From contig JAHBMJ010000006.1 in the NCBI GenBank assembly GCA_018398765.1, forward strand, positions 1 through 60,344: a stretch of 60,344 bases of DNA, in the 5' to 3' direction. A program made the translations under genes and the position numbers. The stretch's first letter is position 1. Each line of letters opens with the position of its first letter. Positions 26,001 through 38,428 of this stretch are shown piece after piece. A model generated the notes under the pieces. That model made no database searches and was not told the origin of the DNA. It saw only the letters and a program-made list of their open reading frames with translations. This DNA comes from Chromera velia. Lineage: Eukaryota.

Positions 26001-28683
26001 CTCTTCTGCAGTCTCCTGCCTACAAGAAGAAGGGGGATCATATAAAGAAGAAGAAGAAAAAAGAGAAGAGGAAGAGGAGAAAGAAGAAGCAAACCTTACC
26101 GCCCCGCCCTCCTTTCCCCACCCCAGGACCCTTACCTGTCTGTCTATCCGTCTGGCTGCTTGTTTCCCTCTTTTTCTCTTCTTTACTTCAAAAAAAGGGG
26201 TCTCAAATTCGGTCACTTCAAAAAGGGCTTCAATCTCTTCTAGGAAAAGGAACCCATCCTTTGCAGGAGGGTCATAAAAAGGGGGAGGGGGCAGGAGGGG
26301 AGAAGAAGAAGAGAAAGGAGAAAAGGAAAAAGAAGAAGAAGAAGAAGAAGAAAAAGAAGAAGAAGCAGAAGCAGAAGCGAAACAAAAGGAAAAAGAAGAA
26401 GAAGAAGAAAAGGAAGGAAGGGGGAAGTTTCTGCCACGACTGACAGTCTGACCGGCTATCTGAGAGAGGGAGAGAAGAGAGGGAGGAGGGAGGTCTCTGT
26501 CTACCAAAGCTACCTTCTGTCCCCTATCTAGACCTCCCCCCCAAGTCCCTTTCCCGACTCCCAACCGTTCATCACGGCAGAGGAGGGGGAGGAGGAGGAA
26601 GAAGAAGAGGAGGCCGGCTGGTCCCCGGGCCAAACTTCCTCCCACTGTTCAAGGGACTCGTCTCTCTCCTTTCTTCTTTCCTCCTCTCACCTCAGAGAGT
26701 CTTCTGTGCCTCAAGACTCCTTTTTGTCCCAGTTGGGACCATTTTCCCTTCTTTTTCACTGAAGATATAACCCCCTTCTCCCTCTTCCTCAGCGAGGGAG
26801 AGGGGGGGGGCTTCTTCCAGCACGGAGGTGCATATAGACCTGTCGTCACCCTCCTTTCCCTCCATGACAGAGACAAAGTAAAGTGACTCTCCTCCTAGAG
26901 TCAGAGAAGGGGCCGCTCCGGCCCTTACGACTCTGATTTTCCTTTTTCGTCCCCCCCTTTCACTTCTCTGTCCTATCGCTCCCCTCTGTCCCAGAGTCAA
27001 AACCTCCTCTCTCTTACTCACCTTGATGGGGGGGATGATAGATCCCAGGGCAACCTTCAACCTTTCTTTCAGGACGTCCGTGGGGGGAACCGTCCGAGAA
27101 TTTGTCTTGCTTGGAGGACGGAGACATACGACAGTTGGGGACTGGGGTGGGACTGTCACGGGAGTTGTAGGGTGAGGGAACAAGGGGGCTGGGGAAACAG
27201 GCTGCTGCTGTTGCTTTTCCGGATGAGCGACGGGGACAGATGAAGCTTCCTTCCCGGCTGCCGCGCTCTCGCCAAAATCCCCAGGGAAGATGTCCCATCC
27301 CTTTCCCTCCCCTCTCCGTTGTCTCCCTCTCGGAGGTCCCCTCTGCGTCTGCTGTGTCTCTGTCTGCTCATTCATGAGGCTAAGTATTACCTTCACCAGG
27401 TCCCCCCCCTCAGCCAGGGCCTGCCTTGCCACCTCCCTCTCTACTTCTGTCTGTCTTATAATAATATCGATGTCCGATTCTCTTTGCTCCTCTTTCCTTT
27501 GCACTCGTCTCTCCTCTTCTTCCTCTCTTTCATTTTTCCCTCCTTCTGCTCTCTCTCTCTCTGCCTCGATGTCTCTATTCCGGGCTCGAGGTTGAGCCTG
27601 CTCTGCATCCTCCATCTCCACGTCACCAGTACCCCCCTTCCCCTTTTTCTTTCCTCCTTCTGCTCTCTCTCTCTCTGCCTCAATGTCCTTATCCCGGGTT
27701 CAAGGTCGAGCCTGCCTATCTGCAGCAGATTCCTCCATCTCCACATCCCCAGTACCCTCCTTCCCCTTTGTCTTCTTCTTCCTACCCGTTCCCCCGTTCC
27801 CTTTCCCCCCCCCAAGGCCGCCGGCTGGATGAGGGAGGCCTCCCGCCCGTCCGACCTGGAGTATAACCGGATCCTGGAAGGAGGGCTTGCCCCCTACGGG
27901 CCGAGCAGACCGTTCTTCCCCTCTCCATTGTCCCCTATCCAACTGACCCCCCATCCCCGGAGGAGCCACCGGTAAGACCCCCGGGAACTGACCTCCCATC
28001 CCCGGAGGAGCTGCCGGTACATTTCTTGGAACCTGACCGCCCACCCCTGCAGGTGGGCAAAGGAAAAGGGGCAGGGGAAACTGGGGGCAGTAGTGAGGCC
28101 ACGTCTGCTGGAGGATCTGAAAGAAGGGGAGAGGTTGGAGTAAGGGAGTGAGTATGGGAGAGAGGGCTGGGGAAAGGCCTGCAGAGGCTCCCCAACTCCG
28201 GTAGGGGGCCCGTTTGATCCCATCTGTCTTCGCCATGCCTCTCCGGTTCCTTCCGTTCCATCTGTCACAACTCTTTCACTGCCCTTGTCCCCACCCCTGC
28301 TTCCTCCTTCTTCCCTCCCCTCTACCTTTGTGGCCGAATTTATATCCCGGGTAGCCCCCCCCCGGTAATTCAGTTCACTGTCTGGGGTTGAGTGGGGGAG
28401 GCTCTGCCTCTGCCTCTCGCCCCCCCTTCTCTCCATCTTGCGACCCCATCCCGACCCCCTTTCCTGGTATCTCTGGTCCGGCACCCCCCCCCAGAGTTTG
28501 GAGCCCCACCCTTGCCCATCCCCTTGGTAGGTCGACTGGGTCCTCTAGACTTCTTCCGGCCCCCCAGTCCTCGTCTGCATATCCTGGCTCACCCCTTTGC
28601 AAGAAAAGTCCCGCCTCCGGGATACTAAGTGGGGGAGCGGAGGTCTTCCTGAACCCGGCGTTCTCGTAGCCTGCAGATAAGGG

Positions 28684-29678
28684 CTAGGGTCTGACACTTC
28701 TACTATATAATTAAAAAAAAATTTTTTTTAAGGGTACCCTAAGACTAACGACTATTACTAGACATCTAAAAATTGTATTTTTGAATAGATCTCATCAAAA
28801 AAACCAGAACAGAATAGTTTAAAGCTTAGATTTCATTGGTTCTAGGCCGGTTTTTCCAATTTTAGTATAATCTGCTAGTCAAAGTTCCAGAAGAGCGAAG
28901 AGGCCGGTTTTGGAACCAGCATAGGAAACTGGGAGGAACCAACTAAAACCATACAAAACCATCTGAAAACAGGAGTCAAATGTATGTTTGAGTTGAATTG
29001 AATTAACCAATAGATCATTTATCCTCTCCTGGGCCATCTTCTTCTTCATCCTCCTCCAAAATTTCTTGAAACCGTGTCTGCAACCTGGCAAGCTCTTCAT
29101 TGTCAACCGTAGACTTGGGTGCTTGAATGAAGATAAAAGAATACAGCAGACAGAGCAATGTGATCAATTTGAGCAGTTGTAGTTGCACGTACGATATACG
29201 ACACAAATTTTGTTACTTCCCCCTCTGCGTCCTCTTCTCTTGCTCTCATTTGCTCTCTTGTACGAAATGACCCTCAATTCAAGGTGAGCGTTGTCTAGTA
29301 TTCTCTTAGGTCCTCTCCCTCTAGCATTCTGGTCGGTTTTTATGCATAAAAATTTGATGAAACCATTGTAATATCATCACAGTTCTGTTGAAAAACGTAT
29401 TGAGGCCGGTTTTTTGAGTTGGTTTTTGTGTGGTTTCAGTGGTAAATCTTATGGTTCCAAAACCAATAAAAACCGGGACTGGCAAAATGCTATAAAAGGG
29501 GGGGTAACCAACTATAAACCAAAGAGAACCACTCTAAAATCATCAGATTTTAAGTTTTTAGGATTAGTTAAGCTTTAGATTGACCTATAAATATAGATTT
29601 TTAAGTTTTTTTACATGGTTTTAGGCATAAAAACCACTACTGAAACCTAGCGTCTACATCAAGAGTGTCAGACCCTAG
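28684..29678. mobile_element. Non-autonomous DNA transposon, 15-bp TIR CTAGGGTCTGACACT, 8-bp TSD GATAAGGG
   Basis: gataaggg|ctagggtctgacact at 28676-28698; agtgtcagaccctag|gataaggg at 29664-29686. Confidence 0.9.
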
Positions 29679-30230
29679 GATAAGGGAGTAGTCTCAAGTT
29701 CACAGCCCCTTCTGGAGCGAGAGGTGCAACATCTGTGCATCTGTTAAAATTGATTGATTGATTGATTGATTTATTGATATGTTCCGCCTTAGGGCCTTCC
29801 CGCTATAGAATATTAATTAATCATAGCTAGAATTATAGGAATTATGATCCTAAGTCTTCTAATAAACTTCTATAAGATATAAGGCGCAATGACACAAACA
29901 CGGACAGACAGGCAGGCAGGCTAGCATATAAAAAACACGGGAGGAAGGGAGTAAGCAAGAAAAGATCGACAGACAGGCCGGAAGGAAGAACAGGAGGAAG
30001 AAAGATAAAGAAACGAAGGGAGAAGGTGGGAAGTAGGGGGGTGTGAAAGTCTACTCGTCTCTGTATTAGAGATTAGAAATTATAGATTTCTTCAAGTCTC
30101 TAGCGTAATAGAGTAAAGTTTGAAGGTTGGTGCGATCTATAGACTCCTAGTCAATCAGGTAAGACGATAATTATATGAGTAAATGCAGGTTAGAAGGCTC
30201 GTTTAATTCAAGGTTCGTGGTCAAGTTCAG

Positions 30231-30750
30231 ATCGAAAGGCGCTCAAAGGATACTTGCAAAGGCTTGGTTCACTTCGAGTCAATCACTGACAGTTCCGGGG
30301 GTTCACTTTTAGTCTGATTCCTTCATCCAACGATTCTAACTATTCGGCTATTCAGATTTTCAGATTTACAAAAACTCAAAATCGGATGTTTTTAGATTTG
30401 TGTGGAACGCGCAGTCAAAATTGGATAAGGCTCGCCGTGCGGAATCGGCTGCGTGTCAGGAAGCGCGGTATAAATTCGAGTTTGATTTCTGTGGTGCAAA
30501 ATCGATTTCTGTGTATTGTGTGGTCTAGCGCGGTCTGCATTTGATTTCTGATTTCTGTGGTACTCTTTTAATCTCGGCGGTTTCATTTCTCTGATTTCTG
30601 TGGTTTTTTGATTTCTATGGCTTTTTCTTGATTTGTGTGGTGTTTTCTGATTTCTATGGCTTTTTTTTATTTGTGTGGTGTTCTCTGATTTCTGTCTTGA
30701 AAGTGATCTTCCTTGGAATTAAACCTTCAACCTCTTACTCCGGAGTCAAT
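30231..30750. repeat. Dispersed repeat, copy A (~520 bp, internal GATTTCTGTGGT-like subrepeats), unclassified
   Basis: atcgaaaggcgc...cttccttggaatt(a/g)aaccttcaacctc...ttactccggagtcaa, matching copy B at 32184..33930. Confidence 0.85.
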
Positions 30751-32183
30751 TAAGGCTAAAAAAAGGTGCATAAGGTGCTGGTGCTGGTGTAAAAACAAGT
30801 TTGTACCTTAAATCAGGTGTAAAACAGGTGCAAAATAAGGTGTACCGTTTATACCCTATAAAAGCTAGGTTTCTAGGCTTGATTTCTAGTGTTTCTAATG
30901 GCCAAAAAGCGCCTTAATCAAGGCCTAAAAGCTTTTTATAATATAGATTTGCTTAGATCTCAAATTTTGCTACACTAATTTTTACTATGCGAAACAATTT
31001 AAAATGTTACTAGAAATATTAATGAAAAGGCGATAATGGGCGATAAAAAGCAAAAACAAAAAATATGACAAATAAAGACTATATGTCTCTGACTGTCTCA
31101 TGACTTCGGTCTCTTTCTGGGTCTCTTTTCTCAATTTAAGCAACGTTTTTCACCTGTCCAATGTTTAAATATGTTTGGTACCGGTTGCGTGCTGCACTGT
31201 AGTCCAGTTCTGTCCCTACGGTCCATAAAACCTTCAAACTGCATGATGTTCCTTAATTTGGAGCAAACCTATGAAGAAAGCAACCACAAATAGTGTATTT
31301 TCATGAAAAAGAAAAAAAAGAAAGAATGAAACAAAAGAAGGTTTTTTAAATTTGCATTTCTTCTCTGAGCAAGGGCAAGCGAGGACCTGATCTCAAGGCG
31401 TTACGGTTTAATTTCAGGGTATGTTACTCGTACGTTACTCTCGACGAATGCCCCTGCATCGGTTGTGGTACATTCGCTGATGTGTTTGTTTGCTGAGCTG
31501 CTGGTATGTCAATGGTCTTTTTCTTTCTTGCATAGATCATTTTTATGTAGAGTGGTACGCACTGCTTCTCCTCTCCTAATTCATGAATGGATGCGTGTGC
31601 AAGGGTTGTTATGTAGACTTTGTGTTCTTCTGACTTAATTGAATGCATGGTATTCTAACATATAGACATAACTTCTGAACTTTTCAACTGATTTGTTCTA
31701 GATGCTCTGTATCACCTGCAGCTTTTCTTTGCACACAAAGCCTACAGCGATAGATAAAAGACACTAGCGGAACGGGGGGGGAGGTGCGCATTCTTTAGCG
31801 TGGGCGGTTTGTTGATCCTGGGATCGCGTGACTATATAGCACTGTGATGATATGCTGTACCAAATAAATATATTGTGCGCGCGGTGTGAGTGAGATGTAT
31901 ACATTTATCTTTTTTTTGCTCTTTGGATTTTTCTTTTTTTTTGCGTGCATTTTTTATTTTTCGTGCTTTACATGTTTGTCTTTTTCGTGCTTGCATGTAT
32001 CATGTTGATCGATCCATGGAGGAAGGTATGATTGATTAAGCTGATGGAGACCGTGTCCTCTCTCAACAAACGGTGCACCGTAGGAGAACTTAAAGCGTTC
32101 AGCTGTCTGAAGAGCACATACTTCTCTCAGTTCTTATTATAAGGCTCAGAGCCCAGCCCTGTCATACCCTAGCTCTCTTCTTC

Positions 32184-33930
32184 ATCGAAAGGCGCCTAAA
32201 GGATGCTGACAAAGGCTTGGTTCGGTTCGAGTCAATGACTGACAGTTCCAGGGGTTCACTTTTAGTCTGATCCTTTCATCCAACGATTCCAACTATTTAG
32301 CTATTCAGATTTTCAGATTTACAAAAACTCAAAATCGGATGTTTCTAGATTTATGTAGAACACGCGATCAAAATCGGGTAAGGCTCGCCGCGCAGAATCG
32401 GCTGCGTGTCAGGAAGCGCAGTATGAATTCGAGTTTGATTTCTATAGTGCAAAATCGATTTCTGTGTATCGCACGGTCTACATTCGATTTCTGATTTCTG
32501 CGGTGCTCTTTTAATCTCGGCGGTTTCATTCCTCTGATTTCTGTGGTTCTTTAATTTCTGTGTTTTTTTTTTTATTTGTGTGGTGTTTTCTGATTTCTGT
32601 GGTTTTTTCTTTATTTATGTGGTGCTAGACATAGGCCATTAAAAAAAACTTTAAATTTTATTAAGCCTTTTTCTTTCCATTTTTTTTTTTTTGAGTTTTT
32701 TTTTTTTTTTAAGAGTTTTGATATTGATGCCTAGGTTAATGCTAGGGACCTAGTTTTCGCCCTAGTCTTTGCCCCCTATTTACTATAGCCTCTTCAAAAA
32801 CTTTAAGGACAATTATAGGACAATTAAAAGTAAATAAATTGATCAAATATGCTTTATTGATTGATCAACAAGTCTGAGTAGTAAGGAAAATGAAACCATG
32901 TTCATCCAAAGAGCTTCGAACCGCAGTCTTTACTCTTGCACGCCAAACCCCAGGTTGAGCCCCTACTGAACCATGTACTTGCAGGTTCTCAGTGACCTTC
33001 TCATTCTGAGACCATCACTCATGGCATAATTAATATAAAAACAAAATTACGATATTTGACTGCATTGCACAAGCAGAAATTCATCCAAAAGAAAACCCAG
33101 GCTGCTCAGTCAATCAAATAAAGGCAGAGAAACATTTGTTTCCTAAGTCGTTTCTTTCTCATTCAGGGAGAAGGATATCATAGTGATACAGTCAGGATTG
33201 GGCCATTGTGTGCCGCCATTTCTGTGTTGCAGGGCATGTCCTGATCGCGCGTACTACCAGTGTTGCGCCGCCATATTCAAATATATCGCGCATGCATGCG
33301 CCGCCGCTGTTATGCTGCACCATTGAATTTGTATACCACGCGTCCATGAGTCTTTTCGTTGTTCATGCTTGAATTAAATGAATGATTTGACTTTTCTTTA
33401 TCTGATAGACTTCCTTTTCGAATCGTGTTGAAGAGACTGAAGGTCCAGAGACTTGCTTTACACGTAGGCAGCGATAAATTTGATTGATACTAGGAAATAG
33501 TAGAAGAAATGACTAGGAAAATATAGATCTAGAGGCTAAAAATATATACTGAGTAAAGAAAAAACTAGAAAAAAAAGTTCTTGTGAACAACTGTAAGTAT
33601 TTTTAAAAAACGCGCTAGGGTTTTAGAAGCTCAAAACCGGTCTCAAATTGTTTGAGCCTCTTTTAGTTTTTGCAGGGGGGGGTATTTTTGTAAATAAATT
33701 TTATTCGAGGGTTTTTAAAGAGTTTTTTTTTTTTTTTTAAATGGCCTACACCTAGGTGTGATGTTCTCTGATTTCTGTGGCTTTTTCTTAATTAGTGTGG
33801 TGTTCTCTGATTTCTGTGGCTTTTTCTAAGTTTTTTTGATTTGTGTGGTATTCTCTGATTTCTGTCTTGAAAGTGACCTTCCTTGGAATTGAACCTTCAA
33901 CCTCTACGTCACCTCTTACTCCGGAGTCAA
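32184..33930. repeat. Dispersed repeat, copy B (direct orientation), split by the 32625..33755 insertion
   Basis: Colinear with copy A before 32624 and after 33756. Confidence 0.85.
32625..33755. mobile_element. Non-autonomous DNA transposon, imperfect TIR CTAG(AC/GT)RTAGGCCATT, degenerate 8-bp TSD
   Basis: atgtggtg|ctagacataggccattaaaa ... ttttaaatggcctacacctag|gtgtgatg; it interrupts repeat copy B exactly. Confidence 0.75.
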
Positions 33931-34226
33931 ATTCTCAATCAATCATCATACCACTAGGCATAGGAAATCAAAATCAAATAATAAAACATAACGTCATTTT
34001 TTCCAGTTTTTTTTTTAATATTTGATTTTGATTTTTTTTATTTTTGAAACTAGTTTTGAATTAAACGATCAAGACCTAGGTCAAGTCATTTCAAAACACT
34101 AGTCAAGATGTAAGTTCTAACTGCTTTGATCTTTTTTATAAAAATCTATGAAACACTTTATTTATAATTGTTTTCATTGAGATACATTGAGAGCAAAAAC
34201 AATGACCTCAATCACAGCTTTTAGGC

Positions 34227-35486
34227 TAGTGACCATGTTTGATTTGATTATATTTGATTTGATTTAATTTGATTTGATTTCATTTGAGCTTCAACCTCAA
34301 ATATTTGATATTTGAGGTAAGATTTGAGGTTAACCTCTTAGGGTTCCTCACTGAGTCATTAACTTACTGTCACTCTGATCATTTTTCTCATAACAATAGT
34401 TATCAAAACATTTCTGATGTGTGTTGCAAAAATTTAAAAAAATATATATAAAATTATAACTTATCAGTTCCGTAAAAAAAATATGCCTGTGTGGCAGTGT
34501 ATATACACTAGTCACTGAGACTCACTCTAGTACTAATAGAGATTAAGAACGTAAAATTGATAAATTTGAAATTGCATATAACTTTTTGTTGATACGATAA
34601 AGTTAGAGCACATACAAAAATTGAGGTGACAATCACTCAGCTTTATAGCACTTCCTTTTCCTCTTCTTCATGATCACTTTCTTCAATGTGAATCGAATCG
34701 ATCGGTGGTGGGAGCTGCTGAGAGCTTTTTTTCTGGCTTTTCGGCTTTTCAGGAGTGGGTGCTCCTGGGCTTCTATTCGGTTGCGGAGAGATGACAACGG
34801 GGTGAGACGGAGAACCGCACACACATTTGCTATTGCTGTTGGTGTTGGAACCATCCTGTTTCTGGGCAGCTAAGCATCCAGAATTGGTAAGTTCGGCTAC
34901 CCTCTGTGCCACGCCAGGGCTGACAACAAACCCCTTGTGTTGGAGGTAAATATAGAGAGGTCGGTAGCCTTCCTCACCCGGAGTGATGACTTTCTCATGA
35001 CCCGGCTCTAAAAACAAATGCCTCCTTCTTCCCGTTTGAGCCTGTCGGATTGTGTGACATGTCTTTACGGGGTGTAAAATGTTTGCAGACACTCAAAAAG
35101 GGGGCCGTAAAAGATGTTCCAGCACCAGAAAAGTTAACACAGCTGTTCGGAAAAACGTTCAGCTGATCGGTTTACCTCTGCATGAAGTAAAAAGGGGTGA
35201 AACGTTAATTTCAGTGCAGCTCAAAACGTTTTTTTTTTTTAGAGCAAACCATCAAGATTTAGGTTTTTTCATTTGAATCAGCATGCATGACGGATTGGTA
35301 CTTGCAAAAAGTTTTTTCGGGACCTTCATATTTGAGGTTGAAAGTCATATTGATCAAATATTTAATCGTATTTGATAGGTCTTTAAACACTAGGTCCTCC
35401 CTGACTGGATATTTGATTTAAGCTTAAGCCCTACCTCAAATCAAATCAAATCAAATCAAATCAAATCAAATCAAACATGGTCACTA
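34227..35486. mobile_element. hAT-like non-autonomous element, TIR TAGTGACCATGTTTGATTTGA with (TTTGA)n subterminal repeats, 8-bp TSD TTTTAGGC
   Basis: ttttaggc|tagtgaccatgtttgatttga at 34219-34247; (tcaaa)n catggtcacta|ttttaggc at 35438-35494. Confidence 0.9.
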
Positions 35487-35488
35487 TT

Positions 35489-35860
35489 TTAGGCTTGGAG
35501 AACAGAATGAGGCTCTAGTACATCGTAGTGATCCCCTTTCACTTTCTGCTGCCAAAGCAAAAAAATTTCTTTCTTCATCTCCTTTTTACCTAGGACACAC
35601 AGTCTTCTGTACATATCAGTTTCTTTGCCAAAGACGTGAATCCGCACGTCCTTCATGAATGAGAAGCAAATCATTTCCACATACCCTCCCCATATACGCT
35701 TTTCAATGAGGCGACCTTCCAGAGCATGGGCATATTTGTCTATGTCAAGACTCCGTCTGCCGGACAGGCCCTCGTCGGACAGAAGGCCGAGTCTCTTGAC
35801 TTCGTTGGCACAACAGAGCATAATGCAACCTTCCTCCCCCCCAATCGGTATACCAAACAC
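35489..35860 (-). pseudogene. OTU-like cysteine protease domain fragment inside a DNA transposon
   Basis: IPIGGEEGCIMLCCA (possible Cys loop), RIWGGYVEMICFS, DVRIHVF, IFLLW...GDHYDVL, matching the OTU WGG.E and HYD motifs. Confidence 0.6.
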
Positions 35861-36733
35861 AAGGGAAATGCAAAAATTGTGTAAGTCAGCCTATCGTGTA
35901 CAGACTAACTTCAAAATTTATCTCCATAAAAATCGATAAAATTGCTTTCAAAAATCCTAAAACAATAAATTTGGATTTTTGAAGATGTTTTTAGGTGACC
36001 AGAAGGTCCTAGTAGTAACCTATAGGTCAAATTGTACATTTTTTGCATTTGAATCATATCATCATTTTTTTTTTGTTTTGATTATTATTTTTGATTATTG
36101 TTTTTAATATCCTACGCCTAGTCATACCACTAAACCATTTATCGCTTTTCTTTACACAGATTTGTCTTTTCATATTAGAGTTATTCAGTTCAATTTCTTT
36201 ATAGAGTAAAGAAACCATAATTGGAAATAATGAGGACTATAAATCAATTAAGCACTGATTTCATAAACAAGAGGAAGGACTTAGGCGAAAACATAAAGAA
36301 TAGTTAAAAACGGTGCAGCACTTCTCTAACAAAAAATAAATATTCAAACTTATAAAATCTGCTTATAGTACAAAAAATAAATTATTTCAAAATACATATA
36401 TACAAGCTCATAAAACCTGCTCATAGCATGCGTCTCCCTTTAAGTTCAGGCTTCCACGCCTGAATGAAAAGCAAAATCAGAAAAAGAAAGAGCCATGCTC
36501 ATAGCAGGGGGAAAAAACTAGGAAAAAAAGAAAAAGTAAAGAAAGGAGGAAAGAAACAAGGAAGGAAGGAAAGAGAGAAAGAGCGAGGGGGGAAAGGAAT
36601 GAAGAAAGGCAAGCAAGCAAGAATGATCGAATGACAAGGCGAAAGAAAAGATCGCATAAATCCTGCCTGGCTCATTTAATAGTCACTCAGAGAATAGTTT
36701 GGAGTGACGCCTTTGAGAGCGGCTCCAGGTTTT

Positions 36734-37888
36734 TTACTTTGGCTGTTCATCCTTTCCTTTTGGCTCTTCCTCTTCGTCTTTCCCATACACATTGTCTTCA
36801 TTATCCCCATCAAGTTTGTCCCCTTTCATCAGAGTCAGAAACGGCCCGCATGTATTCTCACACGCTATTTGATCCGCCCCACACTTTCTTGCATATCGAC
36901 CAACGCAATGGCCCTGCACGAAACCAGCCCTGCTATATGCCCTCCTATATAGGGTCTGGTACTCGTATTCAATCAACGGATTGGGATCGCACCCCAGGGA
37001 CACCTCAAAGAACGCATCCATCACACGATTCCGATCACCAGGAACCTCCCGAGTCCTCACGTCGATGGTTCCTGTGGTCCAATAGGGAGTACAGTCGTCA
37101 ACAATGACCACTGCATTCGTCTCTGCACTCATAGCGAAGTGCAGAAGGTCGGCTTTTGCTATCTCATATGTGTGTGCACCATCTACGTGCACTAGGTCAC
37201 ACTTGATCTCTGGGTGTTGTTGGAAAAACTCCACCACCGTTTTTCTCGAGTCGCCCTCAACCAAGTGTATCCGACCCGGAAATTTCTCTTCATAATATTC
37301 CCCCAACTTGCCCAGCGGATTCAACTCGAAACCCACATACCGCACCCTCTTATCAAGGTAGAGCATGGCGGCGGCAAAGTGACCTGCGTTGAACCCCGTC
37401 TCGCAGACTGTCAACGTTTCGTCGTTTCCGTGTGCCGAGCCTGTCAACAGAGAAAGGAGCTCGTTTCCATGATTTATCCACTGCACCCGCATGTTACCGA
37501 CATTCTGGTAGGGAGAAAAGCCAATCGAACGACCAAAATGGAACAACTCCTCGTAGTGTGCAGCCACTCTCTCCTCCCACGCTCGGGAGAAGACCGTGGA
37601 GAGGTGCTGCGGTTCTGCGAGGGCTGGGAGCTTCGGGTCCGAGCCAGAGGGATACTCTGCTTCTTCTCCCGTCTTCCAGCTTTCCGGGGCGTGCTTCTCC
37701 CACCTTGGCTCATTGGCAAAAAATATGTCATAGTCTCTAAGGGCGGAGTTTAGATCGGCAGGCAAGGACACCTGTTGCTCATCCCATCGCCAATCTCTCC
37801 ATTTGCGCGAGAAAGAGGAGAGCATCACCAGCACGCTCGCGCTAACAAGAAGAGCGCAGCCAACTGCGGGCGCAGCAACGAACTTCAT
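36734..37888 (-). CDS. Class I SAM-dependent methyltransferase (Methyltransf_24-like) with N-terminal signal anchor; intronless
   Basis: VCETGFNAGHFA (motif I), YVGFEL, LVEGDSRKTV, CDLVHVDGAHTYE, VVIVDD; hydrophobic N-terminus. Confidence 0.85.
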   Translation of the reverse strand: MKFVAAPAVGCALLVSASVLVMLSSFSRKWRDWRWDEQQVSLPADLNSALRDYDIFFANEPRWEKHAPESWKTGEEAEYPSGSDPKLPALAEPQHLSTVFSRAWEERVAAHYEELFHFGRSIGFSPYQNVGNMRVQWINHGNELLSLLTGSAHGNDETLTVCETGFNAGHFAAAMLYLDKRVRYVGFELNPLGKLGEYYEEKFPGRIHLVEGDSRKTVVEFFQQHPEIKCDLVHVDGAHTYEIAKADLLHFAMSAETNAVVIVDDCTPYWTTGTIDVRTREVPGDRNRVMDAFFEVSLGCDPNPLIEYEYQTLYRRAYSRAGFVQGHCVGRYARKCGADQIACENTCGPFLTLMKGDKLDGDNEDNVYGKDEEEEPKGKDEQPK

Positions 37889-38428
37889 TGTGGTGAGGAC
37901 ACGGGCCTACTCAAAGGAGAGGTCCTAAACGCTTGGATACATTATTAATAACTAAAAACTCCACCTGGCGCCGTCTCCGATCCCACGATTTTCATAACCT
38001 GTTCGACGACGAGATGAGTCACGAAATACCACATAGGGCCTAAGGTGTTCCTGTGGGGGGGATGACGGTGACTCACTCTATGCTTCTGCCACACTCAACA
38101 ACCTGGCAAACCCTTTTCAAGCTGCCCGTTTTTGCTGCAGTGCAGCTGCACTGATCATGCAGTGATGAGGCAAAAAATGCAACGTACGACAAGGCCCATC
38201 AAGATCGACGGTGCGGGGGGCCGGCGCCGGCGAGGAAATTGAGCAAAACAGCGATTGGTACAAAGAAGGCTGCTCCAGTGCTCCTACCATGCTCCGACCG
38301 ATCGAGGCGATCTCTTTTCTGTCACGGTTGCTAAACAAAACATGTCGATCTGCGGAGAAGAAGCCGAGTCCTCTGTCCACTTCAGCTGAAACGTCTCACT
38401 TGATTTACCTTCTCCTGTGTGCAACACG

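Larger units (their letters stand above)
20525..29745 (-). mobile_element. Degenerate non-LTR retrotransposon (APE endonuclease + RT + CCHC), with (CAT)n 3' tail and a nested DNA transposon
   Basis: Endonuclease motifs TLNVGSL, DIAVLTETK, VLGDFNSH, SIIDFVL (23580..24520). RT motifs WRPIHIA, QIGFRKG, ACFVDFSKAFDRV, GVKQGDTLSPLLF, YTND (for YADD), NLKKTKVM, YRYLG (21800..22800). Cx2C...H-x4-C at 20921..20989. Tail (CAT)n at 20525-20541. The 5' boundary is approximate. Confidence 0.9.
33954..36121. mobile_element. Non-autonomous DNA transposon, TIR CTAGGCRTAGGA, perfect 8-bp TSD TCATACCA; carries an OTU-like ORF and a nested element
   Basis: tcatacca|ctaggcatagga at 33946-33965; tcctacgcctag|tcatacca at 36110-36129. 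Confidence 0.85.

Noticed and set aside
30540..30700. GATTTCTGTGGT iterations as a CRISPR-like array
   Set aside because: Degenerate tandem subrepeats with no unique spacers, no cas genes, and a eukaryotic context.
34643..35092. 149-aa ORF as a hAT transposase remnant
   Set aside because: No recognisable BED, DDE or dimerisation motif.
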